64,000 nucleotides of DNA from Desulfobacteraceae bacterium (GCA_022340425.1 JAJDNY010000172.1:1252-65251); one strand, 5' to 3'. Positions 50,682 through 60,566 are shown, counted from the first letter of the stretch. Translations and numbers: made by a program. Notes: generated by a model from the letters alone, not told the origin.

Positions 50682-53399
50682 TTATCCGTTGTCTGTTATC
50701 TGGTGATCTGTATGATCCGGGACTCCCTCGATGGATTCAGTTGGTTCAGGAACGAGATCCGTTTTTTGGGCGGGTTCGGGTGGTAACGGCAGCACCTCAT
50801 CGCTTTGATCTGGTGAACCCTCCGGCAACGGGACAATGACCTCCCGGGGTTTTTGTTCCTCTATGAGTTTGTTGAGACGATCAAAGGCTCTTTCCAACGA
50901 GGTGTCAACCACCACGCTTTCTTCTGCACTGACAATCACCCGTTTCAGTTGAGGAATTTTAAGGGGCCCGCTTGCCTCGAGATATAGGGGCTGAATGTAG
51001 AGGATATGTTTGCCAAGGGGGAAAATAATCATTTTGCCCCGCTTGACCTCCGATCCCAGCTGATCCCATAAAGTGATAATTTCGGCAATGGTGGTATTTT
51101 GATCGATGAGGGCATTCATCTGGGAGGGGCCATACACCTGAGATCCCCGCGGAAACAAATAGACGATAATCCGCCCGTAGTTGTCCCCGTCGCATCCGGC
51201 AAGGGCCAGTGCCCGCAGGTTTTCGCGGTTATTGGGAAGCATGGGGGTAACCAGAATAAATTCCGGCTTGTTGTGCTCGATGAGATCCAGGGTCAGGTAA
51301 TAGGGCTGCATGCGGATTAAACGGTCTTCGTGGACAAGCTCCGCGAATTGCCATCGGTCCTCATCCTTGTAAAATGTTTCCGGGTTGGTCTGGTGATATT
51401 TTGAATACATTTTCATTTGGATTTCAAACAGCTTTTGGGGATACCGTATCTGTTTGCGTAATTTTTCGGGCATTTCCTCCATTGGTTTGATGAGGCCGGG
51501 ATACATCCGCTGATAGGCGCGCGCGATCGGGTCCTTGGCGTCCACGAGATAGTATTTTACGGAACCGTTATAAGCGTCCACGGTGATCTTGATCGAATTT
51601 CGGATATAATTGAATTCCTGGTCGTAGGGGGCCCCCTGGGGGTACCACTTACTCAGCGTATAGGCGTCCTGAATCCAGTACATAACATCATCAGTAACCA
51701 CCAGGTACGGATCTTCATCGAGCCGAATGAACGGCGTCAAAGTACTGATACGCTCCTGAATATTTCTTCTGAATAGAATGCGACTTCCTGAATTGGTTTT
51801 GGTGGTAAAGAAGATATTCCTGTCCTTGAAGTAGACGGCAAATAATGCCTTTTTAAACAAAGAGTTGACGGATACCCCGCCGGTGCCTTTGTAGTCGACT
51901 AAAACCTCTTCCAAGTCACCGGGATAGTGAAATTCTCGGCTGTCATTGGGAGCGATGGCATACTCGTAATCACCCGCGCCGAAATAAATGCTGGGTTCTT
52001 TGATCGAAAAGCCGTAAGAGGATACCGGCGGCATTTGATGGATAAACCATTGCATTCTTTCTTCGCCCGCTTGCGCCGCAGGAACCATAACCGGTGCGAA
52101 TCCATGGGTGTACTTGAGGTGCATGTTGATCCAGTTTTGAGCCGGTTGGGGAAGCTTGTTCAAGTTGATTTCACGTGCGGCCAGGTAAACTTGATACGTA
52201 AGGTCGTTAACGGTATAACGCGCCACATCGATATCGGTGAATTGATAGTAAGGGCGAATTACCTGCACCTCCTGGAAAACATCCATGAGCAGTTCCCTGT
52301 CCCAGAGAGGAATGTTTTCTAGGTCCGTTCTGAGTTCCGGATCGGTGAGGCTTCGAAGGTTTTCCATTCTGCCGTAATCGCGACTTTCAACATGGGTCAG
52401 ATTATAGGCACCCAGTGTTGATATCACCGCGTTTCGAATGTACGGGGCTTGGCGGGCAATCTCATTGGGCTTGACAAGATATTTTTCAACCGTGTCCGGT
52501 AAAAAATCCCACGTTCTGGCCGCATGGCTGAGGGCAAACAATACCGCAAAAATGGCAAGCGAATAAATCCCCTTGTCAGTGTGGACAAAAACGATCAGCG
52601 AGACCGCCATGGCCAGGAAAAATATCGCCGAAAGCCATATCAGCGGCAGCAAGACGGTCATTTCGGTATAGCCGGGACCATAAAATAGGGGTTGATTGTT
52701 AGTGTTGTAAACCAACATGTGTCTTTCGAGGATGTACCCCCAAGCCTGAACCAGAAATGCCAGCAATATCACAACCGAAAGATGAATTTTTGCAGCCTTG
52801 TACAACGGCTTGTGTTCCACAGCCAGCATGCGGCGTTCTATGTAGTAAAGAATAGCCAGGCCCACAAAAAGGAGCAATAACGTTATAATCAGGCGATTCT
52901 GAAGAAGGTTATAGATCGGGAGGGAAAACAGGTAATAACTGACATCGATGCCGTAAATCGGGTCTCTGATTCCGGCGTTGGGCCCGAATACGTATAGTAG
53001 TGTGGACTCCCACTGTTTATGAAGCGGGATGGCCAGAGGGATTGCAAGGATCACCGAAAGCGGGGCATACACCTTCAATGAACCGGAGCGAAAGGCCTGA
53101 ATCAATTTTCCTGTTTTTGTTGCCTCAGGTTTGCACTCGCCCGCGAGGGTGCAGCCCAAGTATCTTGAGGCCACCCAAAAATTGAGAAAGATGACCAGAA
53201 AAAAAAACAGCGTCGCCCCCACGAATATCAAGTACTTGTAAGTCAATTTGAGGAGCAGCACGCCGGTGTAACCGAGTGCGCCGTACCAGTAAAGATCTAC
53301 GAAAAAATTAACAAAAACAAAGTTCAACACCACATACGCAATGACCAATGCCGCAATCAGGGCCACAAACGCTATAAGCCATTTCTTCCAGCGCCCCAT
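50682..53399 (-). CDS. UPF0182-family large membrane protein
   Basis: 905 aa. About 7 N-terminal TM helices (DLYWYGALGY...) and a large extracytoplasmic domain. The C-terminal pattern TLWDQLGSEVKRGKMIIFPLGKHILYIQPLYLEA...IPQLKRVIV is typical of UPF0182. GC is markedly lower than the flanks. Confidence 0.8.
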   Translation of the reverse strand: MGRWKKWLIAFVALIAALVIAYVVLNFVFVNFFVDLYWYGALGYTGVLLLKLTYKYLIFVGATLFFFLVIFLNFWVASRYLGCTLAGECKPEATKTGKLIQAFRSGSLKVYAPLSVILAIPLAIPLHKQWESTLLYVFGPNAGIRDPIYGIDVSYYLFSLPIYNLLQNRLIITLLLLFVGLAILYYIERRMLAVEHKPLYKAAKIHLSVVILLAFLVQAWGYILERHMLVYNTNNQPLFYGPGYTEMTVLLPLIWLSAIFFLAMAVSLIVFVHTDKGIYSLAIFAVLFALSHAARTWDFLPDTVEKYLVKPNEIARQAPYIRNAVISTLGAYNLTHVESRDYGRMENLRSLTDPELRTDLENIPLWDRELLMDVFQEVQVIRPYYQFTDIDVARYTVNDLTYQVYLAAREINLNKLPQPAQNWINMHLKYTHGFAPVMVPAAQAGEERMQWFIHQMPPVSSYGFSIKEPSIYFGAGDYEYAIAPNDSREFHYPGDLEEVLVDYKGTGGVSVNSLFKKALFAVYFKDRNIFFTTKTNSGSRILFRRNIQERISTLTPFIRLDEDPYLVVTDDVMYWIQDAYTLSKWYPQGAPYDQEFNYIRNSIKITVDAYNGSVKYYLVDAKDPIARAYQRMYPGLIKPMEEMPEKLRKQIRYPQKLFEIQMKMYSKYHQTNPETFYKDEDRWQFAELVHEDRLIRMQPYYLTLDLIEHNKPEFILVTPMLPNNRENLRALALAGCDGDNYGRIIVYLFPRGSQVYGPSQMNALIDQNTTIAEIITLWDQLGSEVKRGKMIIFPLGKHILYIQPLYLEASGPLKIPQLKRVIVSAEESVVVDTSLERAFDRLNKLIEEQKPREVIVPLPEGSPDQSDEVLPLPPEPAQKTDLVPEPTESIEGVPDHTDHQITDNG

Positions 53400-54243
53400 C
53401 GTAATCTCCTCACCATTATACTATGTTGGATAACGCTGATTTCCGATTTCACAGCTTGAAATCTGTTTTTTGATTATTCTTTTTTTACTGGCGCTTCATG
53501 TCATTAAACAATTTATCAAGCTATGATGCAACAATAAATTGTCAATCCCTCTGCTGTGCGCGTTCTGGCGCTAACGGCCGATTTGCGGCAGCCACGCAGC
53601 AATCCCGGTTCCGGGAAGGTTCAAATAGAGATCGCGCCCAAACTCTCTGAAATGGGTTTCCCCAGGCGTGCTTTGGATTCCCTGAATCAGGTCAAACGCC
53701 CCACGAGATTTCTTTGAAGGACTCCGGTTAAATGGCTGCCTACCCGGCATGGTGGATCCGCCGCCCCCCAAAGACGATCCCCGATAATCGGTTGGCCGTG
53801 GTTGACATGTCGGGATGACGACTTAATCTTCCCGATATTTTAACTTGACATGATGAGCGGCGTTAGGGAACTGGCCCAGGGATCGCCCGGCAACCTCTTC
53901 TTCCTGAAGGTGCCAAATCCAGCCCAAAAAGGGGAACATGTGGTCTTGATGACAAGGGAACCCCCGCGTTTTGCCAAGCGATTTCTCGCGTCACCATTCC
54001 ACCATTGAACACACGTTTTTTAAGACCCGTCGCCTTCGACCCGATCAAAAGCGCTGCATCCATCGAGTGCCGTTTTCCAAGGTTTGAGCTTGGGAACCTC
54101 GCGGCCTGCTGCCTTATGCGATCGGTAACTCTGCTTCCGCTTGGCGGTCGACAACGCCCGACCAAAATGAGCGCTGCAGAGTTTGCAGCCTGCGGTGTTT
54201 TCGATAAAACCCACGGTGGGCAAAGAAATGGGAGGTTTGCCAA

Positions 54244-57009
54244 ATGAAAAAAACCGTATTTCTATATTCGGGTGAAGGAACCCATAGCAGTCAAACCCGT
54301 TTCACGCTTTTGAAACAATCGCCGCGCTGGGCCGAAATTGAAAGTATTCTGCGCGCACAAATGGATCTGGAACTGGAGCCGCTCTGGGAGCGGGAAATCG
54401 GCAGGCATCGATGCCCCTACAGCCCTTTGCTGACCGTGGTGTCCCAGATTTGTCTGGCCGATATCTGGTGCCGCTGGGGTTACCACCCGGATGTGGTCAT
54501 CGGCCACAGCACCGGGGAACTGGCGGCAGCCTACCAGGCCGGTTTCCATACGCTGGAAGAAGTGCTGCTGCTGGCCTATGGGATCGGCGAGGCGGCTGCC
54601 AACCTCGATGGGGTGATGGCCCATGGCCGGGTATCCGAGGCGCGCCTTGGGGACCTGCCGGTGGGTCCTTCCTCGTTCAATTTCAAGGTCGAAAACGGGC
54701 GGCATGTCACCCTCTCCGGCTATGCCGGCGAGATGGAGGAATTTCTCCGGAAATACCCAGATTTTGTGAGAATGAAACTGCCCCACCCCTGGCACCACCC
54801 GGATTACCGACGCTTTGCCGACCGGCTGCCCCGTTTCCCATCGGCTGCGGTGGGGGGACCTGCTTTCTTATCGGGGGTCACCACGCGGTTTGAAACCCGC
54901 CTCGCGGATGACTACTGGCACGAGTGGCTGGTCAAGCCCATCGATTTCATTCGGGCCATGCAGGCCCTCAAGGACAACCACCAGGACGCCCCCATCGATT
55001 TCATCGAAATCGGTTTTCACCCGGTGCTGGAAAAGTGCTGCCAGATTTTCGATGACCATACCTACGTTTCCTCCATGTTCCGCGGCGAGGATGACGCCGG
55101 CTGGATTCTATTTCAGAGGAAAAAACTGGATCAGAATGTTTTTTTGAAAAGCCTCCAAAAGGCCCTCGCCGCATTCAAGCCGGAGCTGGATTTCACTGCG
55201 CCGCTGGCCTACCAGGGGCTGGGCTCCCTGGAATTTGCCGAACTATCCGTGCTATTGCAGCCCTATTTTCCTTCACTTGCCCCCCAGGATTTCTATCGCC
55301 ATAAAACAATCAACCACCTGATCGGCCACTTCGGCCTGAGGAAGGCGGTTGAGCCGGCGGGCAGGGAAACACTGCGCAAAAACCCGGTGGTGATTTCCGG
55401 GATGAGCTGCCGTTTCCCGTCCAGCGTGGAGACCCTGACCCAGTTCTGGGATATGCTGGTCAGCCGGGAAGACCAGGTGCGGCATGTGGCCGCCAGGGGG
55501 GGCGCGGAAGGGGGCTATCTGGCGGATGCCGTCACCCGCTTCGATCATCGCTACTTCAACATCCCTTCGGCCGAAGCGCGCACCCTGGATCCCCAGCAGA
55601 TCCTTGCCCTGGAGTTGACCGAAATGCTCTGGAAGGATGCCGGCATAGATCCCGAAACCCTGGACAAGAACCGGGTCGGTGTCTATCTCGGGGTCTGGAA
55701 CCAGGAGTACGGGGGGGATAGAAGCTCCGTTTTCTACCCAACTGGGGTCAATCCGAGCATTATCGCCGCCAGAATCAGCTACCACTACGATCTGAGGGGG
55801 CCGAGCTGGGTTTCCAACACCGCCTGCGCCTCCTCACTGGTGGCGGTCCACTACGCCCTCAAGGATATCGAGGCCGGCCGGGTGGACTACGCCATCGCCG
55901 GCGGCGTCAACATGCTGCTGAGCGACGCGTTTACCGGCAGCATGCGAAACTCCGGATTCCTCTCCCGGGACAACCGCTGCAAGGCGTTCGACGACGCCGC
56001 CAACGGGTATGTGCGCGCCGAGGGCGGCGGCCTGGTGCTGCTGGTCAACAAAGAGCTGGTCGACGCCTACTACGCCGAAATCCTCGGGTCCGCCATCAAC
56101 CAGAACGGCCGCCGCTCCCAGGTGATCACCGCACCCCATCCCGAAGCCCAGGAGGAGCTGATTTTGGCCGCCTGCCGTGACGCGGGGATAAGCCCCCGGG
56201 AGATCTCCTACGTCGAATGTCACGGGACCGGTACGAAGCTCGGGGACCCCATCGAAATTTCGGCCATCAAAAACACCATCGCCCGGGACAGAAAAGACAC
56301 CTGCTACGTCGGCTCGGTCAAAACCAATATCGGTCATCTGGAATCCGCCGCCGGCATCGCCGGGCTGCTCAAAGCGGTGGCCAGCCTGTACCACGGCATC
56401 ATCCCCCCCAATCTGCATTTTCATCATCCCAACCCATACATCGACTTCGAATCCCATTTGATCCGGGTGGTTTCCGAAGAAACTCCCATCGACCATCGGG
56501 CACTCATCGGTGTCAGCAGTTTCGGCTTTGGCGGCAGCAACGCGCATCTCATCGTCAGGGGGGCGGACGCATCGGTTCGCAAGGAAATCCGTCCCCTGGA
56601 AATCCCCTTTGACCGGGAAAGCGCCGCCCCTCTGAACGATTACCTCCAGCTTCAGACGCCGGACCCCGCGCTGGGCGCCACCGGGGGGGGAAACAAAGGC
56701 GGGGCCGCGGAAAAGGCCCTTAGCCGCGAAGATATCGACGCCCTGGTGCGGGACCTTTTTTCCCAATTGACCAATATCGATGAGATCCACCCGGACATCG
56801 CCCTGACCGATCAGGGCCTGAGCTCCCTGAGCGGCACGGAACTGATCACCATGCTGGAAGCAGCGTTGCACGTCGAGATCGGGCCGGAAATCCTTTTCGA
56901 GTATCCGTTGAAAGATCAGTTTGTCGATCAGCTTTGCACCTTGGCCGCCGGCGCCCCTGACATCAACCCGAAGACTGCTGCAAAGGGTGAAGCCCATGGA
57001 ATCAATTAA
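54244..57009 (+). CDS. type I PKS-like megasynthase, domain order AT - carrier - KS - carrier
   Basis: AT: FLYSGEG and GHSTGE. Carrier 1: LGSLEFAEL. KS: NTACASSL (Cys), ECHGTGT (His), KTNIGHLESAAG (His). Carrier 2: GLSSLSGTEL. No KR, DH, ER or TE motifs seen. Confidence 0.8.
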   Translation: MKKTVFLYSGEGTHSSQTRFTLLKQSPRWAEIESILRAQMDLELEPLWEREIGRHRCPYSPLLTVVSQICLADIWCRWGYHPDVVIGHSTGELAAAYQAGFHTLEEVLLLAYGIGEAAANLDGVMAHGRVSEARLGDLPVGPSSFNFKVENGRHVTLSGYAGEMEEFLRKYPDFVRMKLPHPWHHPDYRRFADRLPRFPSAAVGGPAFLSGVTTRFETRLADDYWHEWLVKPIDFIRAMQALKDNHQDAPIDFIEIGFHPVLEKCCQIFDDHTYVSSMFRGEDDAGWILFQRKKLDQNVFLKSLQKALAAFKPELDFTAPLAYQGLGSLEFAELSVLLQPYFPSLAPQDFYRHKTINHLIGHFGLRKAVEPAGRETLRKNPVVISGMSCRFPSSVETLTQFWDMLVSREDQVRHVAARGGAEGGYLADAVTRFDHRYFNIPSAEARTLDPQQILALELTEMLWKDAGIDPETLDKNRVGVYLGVWNQEYGGDRSSVFYPTGVNPSIIAARISYHYDLRGPSWVSNTACASSLVAVHYALKDIEAGRVDYAIAGGVNMLLSDAFTGSMRNSGFLSRDNRCKAFDDAANGYVRAEGGGLVLLVNKELVDAYYAEILGSAINQNGRRSQVITAPHPEAQEELILAACRDAGISPREISYVECHGTGTKLGDPIEISAIKNTIARDRKDTCYVGSVKTNIGHLESAAGIAGLLKAVASLYHGIIPPNLHFHHPNPYIDFESHLIRVVSEETPIDHRALIGVSSFGFGGSNAHLIVRGADASVRKEIRPLEIPFDRESAAPLNDYLQLQTPDPALGATGGGNKGGAAEKALSREDIDALVRDLFSQLTNIDEIHPDIALTDQGLSSLSGTELITMLEAALHVEIGPEILFEYPLKDQFVDQLCTLAAGAPDINPKTAAKGEAHGIN

Positions 57010-58141
57010 AACAACGCATGTGGGCTCTTTGCCGCGCCCCCAGGAGATGATCGCCAAAATCCTGCGAAAGCAGGCCTTCGCAAAGGAGGATTTGAGACGC
57101 TACGTCAAGAGTGTTGTGGAAAAACAGCTGCAGCTGGGAATATCCTACATCAACAACGGCGAGATGCCCCGGCTGGACTACGTGAACGCCACCGTCACCC
57201 GCATTTCGGGTTTCGGCGGCCAGGCATCGGCGCCCATGCCGCGGGATCTGGAGGAGCTGCCCGAATTGTCCGGCCGCTTCGGTGGCCGCAACGGGTTGAT
57301 CACCCTCAATCCCAAAGCGCCGGTCACGCTGCCGACGTGCTCCGGGCCGTTAACCTATTCCGGCGAGGCCTCCCTGCGGGAGGAGTTGGACATGCTGGCC
57401 GCGGTTTACGCTGAAATCAAGCCGTCCTATCCTGAGGCGCCCGCAGGGCTTTTTTTCACCGCGCCGTCCCCCGGGACCGTGGCGCTTTTTCTGGAAAACA
57501 GCTACTACCCGAATTACGAAGTGTATTTGGAAGCCCTGGGGGCGGTGTTGAAGACAGAGTATGACATCATCCGCAGCTACGGTTTCCACCTCCAGATTGA
57601 CTGCCCGGACCTCGCCATGGGGCGCCACACGCGTTTCAAAGACGTCAGCGAAGCCGAATTCCTGGCAACCGTTGACACGAACGTCCGCGTCTTGAACCAG
57701 GCCCTGGCCGCAGTCGATCCGGCCCTTTGCCGGGTGCACATCTGCTGGGGCAACTATCCCGGGACGCATCACTGCGACATCGACCTAAGGTCTATCTTCA
57801 AGCCCATCACGGCCCTGAACGCCAGGTACATTTCTCTGGAGGCCAGCAATCATCGGCACGCCCACGAGTGGGCCGTGTTCGCCGAATTGCCTTTCCCCGA
57901 AGACAAGGTGCTGATGCCGGGGGTCATCGATACCAGCTCCAACACGGTGGAGCACCCCGATCTGGTGGCCCAACGGATCTCCAATTTCGCGCAAATTCTC
58001 GGCCCGCACCGGGTGGTCGCCTCAACCGATTGCGGCTTTGCCACGACCGCATCCGCAGCCAGCGTTTCCGGCGAAGTGGCCTGGCTGAAACTCGCCTCCC
58101 TGGTGGAGGGGGCCAGGCGCGCAAGCGTGAAACTGTGCTGA
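56996..58141 (+). CDS. cobalamin-independent methionine synthase (MetE C-terminal domain)-like Zn thiol alkyltransferase family protein
   Basis: ATG at 56996 overlaps the PKS 3' end by 14 nt. N-terminus IKTTHVGSLPRP. Candidate Zn ligands H-I-C (VHICWGN), E (ISLEAS) and C (STDCGF). Confidence 0.7.
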   Translation: MESIKTTHVGSLPRPQEMIAKILRKQAFAKEDLRRYVKSVVEKQLQLGISYINNGEMPRLDYVNATVTRISGFGGQASAPMPRDLEELPELSGRFGGRNGLITLNPKAPVTLPTCSGPLTYSGEASLREELDMLAAVYAEIKPSYPEAPAGLFFTAPSPGTVALFLENSYYPNYEVYLEALGAVLKTEYDIIRSYGFHLQIDCPDLAMGRHTRFKDVSEAEFLATVDTNVRVLNQALAAVDPALCRVHICWGNYPGTHHCDIDLRSIFKPITALNARYISLEASNHRHAHEWAVFAELPFPEDKVLMPGVIDTSSNTVEHPDLVAQRISNFAQILGPHRVVASTDCGFATTASAASVSGEVAWLKLASLVEGARRASVKLC

Positions 58142-58282
58142 AGGGCCCCAGGCGGGGCGGGCACGCCGCCATGCCTTCGGCCTGGCCCGCGCAGCCGTGG
58201 GCAAAGGCAGCCAGAAGGAATTTCCGGTGGTTGGCCGTGAATTCGATTTGAAGATCAACAACAGACAAACGAGGACTTCCGT

Positions 58283-60127
58283 ATGAACCAGACATCGGGT
58301 CAAAGGCCCGGCGTTCGCGTGGCCAATTTCTCGAAAATAGCGTTGCCGGGTGAGCACCGCTTGGATTTCGACTCCCAGGACGTCGCGACCACCGTTCGCA
58401 CACTCAGAAGATATGCCGACCTGCCCTACGTGTTCGTCGCAGGAAAGGAAAACAGCGGCACCATCGCCGAATTGCTGCCGGCCTTGAAGGCGATCCGCTC
58501 CGCCTGCTACCCCTATGCCGTCTTACTGACGGGCGGCGCTGCCCTGGATTTCGATGACCCGGAGCTGGACATCGTCCCCGTCGGCGGCGAGGATCCGCAA
58601 ACGGTTCAGGAGCGCATCGACCGCTACGCCGCGGCCAGGTTCAGTTTTGACGTCAACCAGCTCCGGATACGGAATTCCAGCCCTCTGCCCACCCGGGTGG
58701 ATGTGGCCATTGTGGGCGCCGGCATAACCGGCCTTTACGCCGCCGACAGGTTACGCAAGGCCGGCCTTTCCGTCTGCATTTTGGAAAAAAGCGATGCGGT
58801 GGGGGGGATCTGGACCCGCTACGCCAACCACACCTCCAGGGTCAACTCCTCTGAATGCGCCTACCGCCTGCTGGAGAAAAAAACCAGGTCCAACCGCGAT
58901 CACTCGGCCACCTGGGAGATCCTGACAGATGTCGCCCGGCTGGCCCGGCAGGTGTTGCGTGAACTCTACACCGAGACCGAGGTGACCGGAATTGAAGCGG
59001 CTGGCGATCGCTATCGCATCCGGTTGAGCCGAGGGGGAGATGAAGCTGTCCTGGAGAGCAAGGGGGTCATTCTGGCGATCAACGACCGGGTGGGGACACC
59101 CCGCGAGGTGACCTGGCCGAATCAGGCGGTGTTTCGGGGGAAACTGGTTGCCGGGATGTCCGATCAGACGGCGGGGATCGATTGGCGCGACAAGAATGTG
59201 GTCGTCATCGGCATGGGCGCCTTTGCGGTTGAAAACACCCGCACGGCGCTGGAGGGTGGCGCGCGCCACGTGACCGTGGTGAGCCGCCGGCATGGCACCG
59301 TTTGTCCGAAAATTGTCGATTACCTCAATTTCATCACCCCTTACGACGAGACCTTCCAACACGACAAAAAAAGCAATTTTTTGAACATGATGTACTGGAA
59401 GAAAACCTATGAGCTGAGCGGGGCCACCCAGCCCGAGTGCTGGATGGCCAAGATCAAGCACCCCGGGCACACCATCAGCGTGTCGGACATCTGGTTTGTG
59501 GGGCATTACCTCAAAAAGATCGAAACGGTCACCGGTGAGATCAGCGGCATGACTGAAAGCGGCGTCACCGTCGACGGCCGGCGCCACATCCCGGCGGATA
59601 TCGTCGTAAACACCGTCGGCTTCGAGCGCAATACCCCGGCTGCCCGGGCGCTGAGCGGCTCTGGTGAAATCTACAACACCAACTATCTGGCCAAAGACTT
59701 CATGTACCTGGCGGATGCCTACATCGACGACGAGGCCTTCAATTCCCTGTTCGGCTCCAGCGTCCTGGAGATGGTGAAGTTCTACCTCGAGGTGTTTGTG
59801 ATGTTCTTCGACAGCCCGGAATACGACGCCATGGTCAAGACCGAGGGAGTGGAAAAGCTACCCATCGGGGAAAGAAAATGGTCCGACTACATCGCGGGTG
59901 CCATGGCCCTGATCCGAAAGTACCCCGATATCCAGGCCGTCGCCAAAAGACAAGTCGCCCAGAGGACGCAAAATTTCCTGCAGGCCCATGACCTCGAGAC
60001 CTACGTCGCAGCCAATAAAAGAGAGTGGATCGATACCCACGCGATGCTCGCCGGCAGACCCCTGACGGAGGCGGAGTGTCTGCCCTACGTTTTCGAGAAG
60101 CTGGTGAAAAAGCAAGGTTTGCGGTAA
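58283..60127 (+). CDS. FAD/NAD(P)-binding flavoprotein, flavin-monooxygenase-like, with N-terminal extension of about 125 aa
   Basis: Two dinucleotide motifs, VAIVGAGITGLYAA...GGIWT and VVVIGMGAFAVE. No BVMO fingerprint FxGxxxHxxxW seen. RBS GAGGA. Confidence 0.65.
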   Translation: MNQTSGQRPGVRVANFSKIALPGEHRLDFDSQDVATTVRTLRRYADLPYVFVAGKENSGTIAELLPALKAIRSACYPYAVLLTGGAALDFDDPELDIVPVGGEDPQTVQERIDRYAAARFSFDVNQLRIRNSSPLPTRVDVAIVGAGITGLYAADRLRKAGLSVCILEKSDAVGGIWTRYANHTSRVNSSECAYRLLEKKTRSNRDHSATWEILTDVARLARQVLRELYTETEVTGIEAAGDRYRIRLSRGGDEAVLESKGVILAINDRVGTPREVTWPNQAVFRGKLVAGMSDQTAGIDWRDKNVVVIGMGAFAVENTRTALEGGARHVTVVSRRHGTVCPKIVDYLNFITPYDETFQHDKKSNFLNMMYWKKTYELSGATQPECWMAKIKHPGHTISVSDIWFVGHYLKKIETVTGEISGMTESGVTVDGRRHIPADIVVNTVGFERNTPAARALSGSGEIYNTNYLAKDFMYLADAYIDDEAFNSLFGSSVLEMVKFYLEVFVMFFDSPEYDAMVKTEGVEKLPIGERKWSDYIAGAMALIRKYPDIQAVAKRQVAQRTQNFLQAHDLETYVAANKREWIDTHAMLAGRPLTEAECLPYVFEKLVKKQGLR

Positions 60128-60566
60128 AAAATAACGCCGCCGTATGGCGCTGGATTTTGGTTCGTCATCAAGGCACATCCGTCGACGCATGGCAAGGCGC
60201 CCGTCGGTGGCGGTAGGGCCGTGAACGGGCAAAAAGCAGGCGAGATGCGGAAATTTTTTTGACGGCGCCCCGGCGCCTTTTCCGTTGCCGAGCAATTCCC
60301 TCCATTTATCGCTTTCCCAAAAAATCAGCCCACCTCAAAAATTTTTTTGAATTTGAATGGACAGTCTCATTTTAACGCATTATTAATTAATTACTCACCT
60401 GTAGTTATTTTTAACTGTTCAATGTGAGCAACGAAAAGCCAGCTCCACTTGGGGAGCGGCAGTTGATGGCCTGGGTGAGTGTTTCGGTTTGAGATTACAA
60501 TGTGCTTTCTACGTTTTTTCCCTCTGCAAGTTACGGTGATAAAAAACGGAAGGGGAATTAACAGGT

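Noticed and set aside
53400-54243. Small ORFs (53571..53771, 53863..54243, 54005..54247, 54020..54223) in the AT-rich spacer, checked as possible transposase or integrase remnants
   Set aside because: The translations show no recognisable transposase, integrase or other motifs, and the ORFs overlap one another in different frames. I treat the stretch as non-coding or regulatory DNA.
55834-57057. 407-aa minus-strand ORF inside the PKS-like gene
   Set aside because: It is antisense to the KS domain, whose Cys-His-His catalytic motifs read cleanly on the plus strand.
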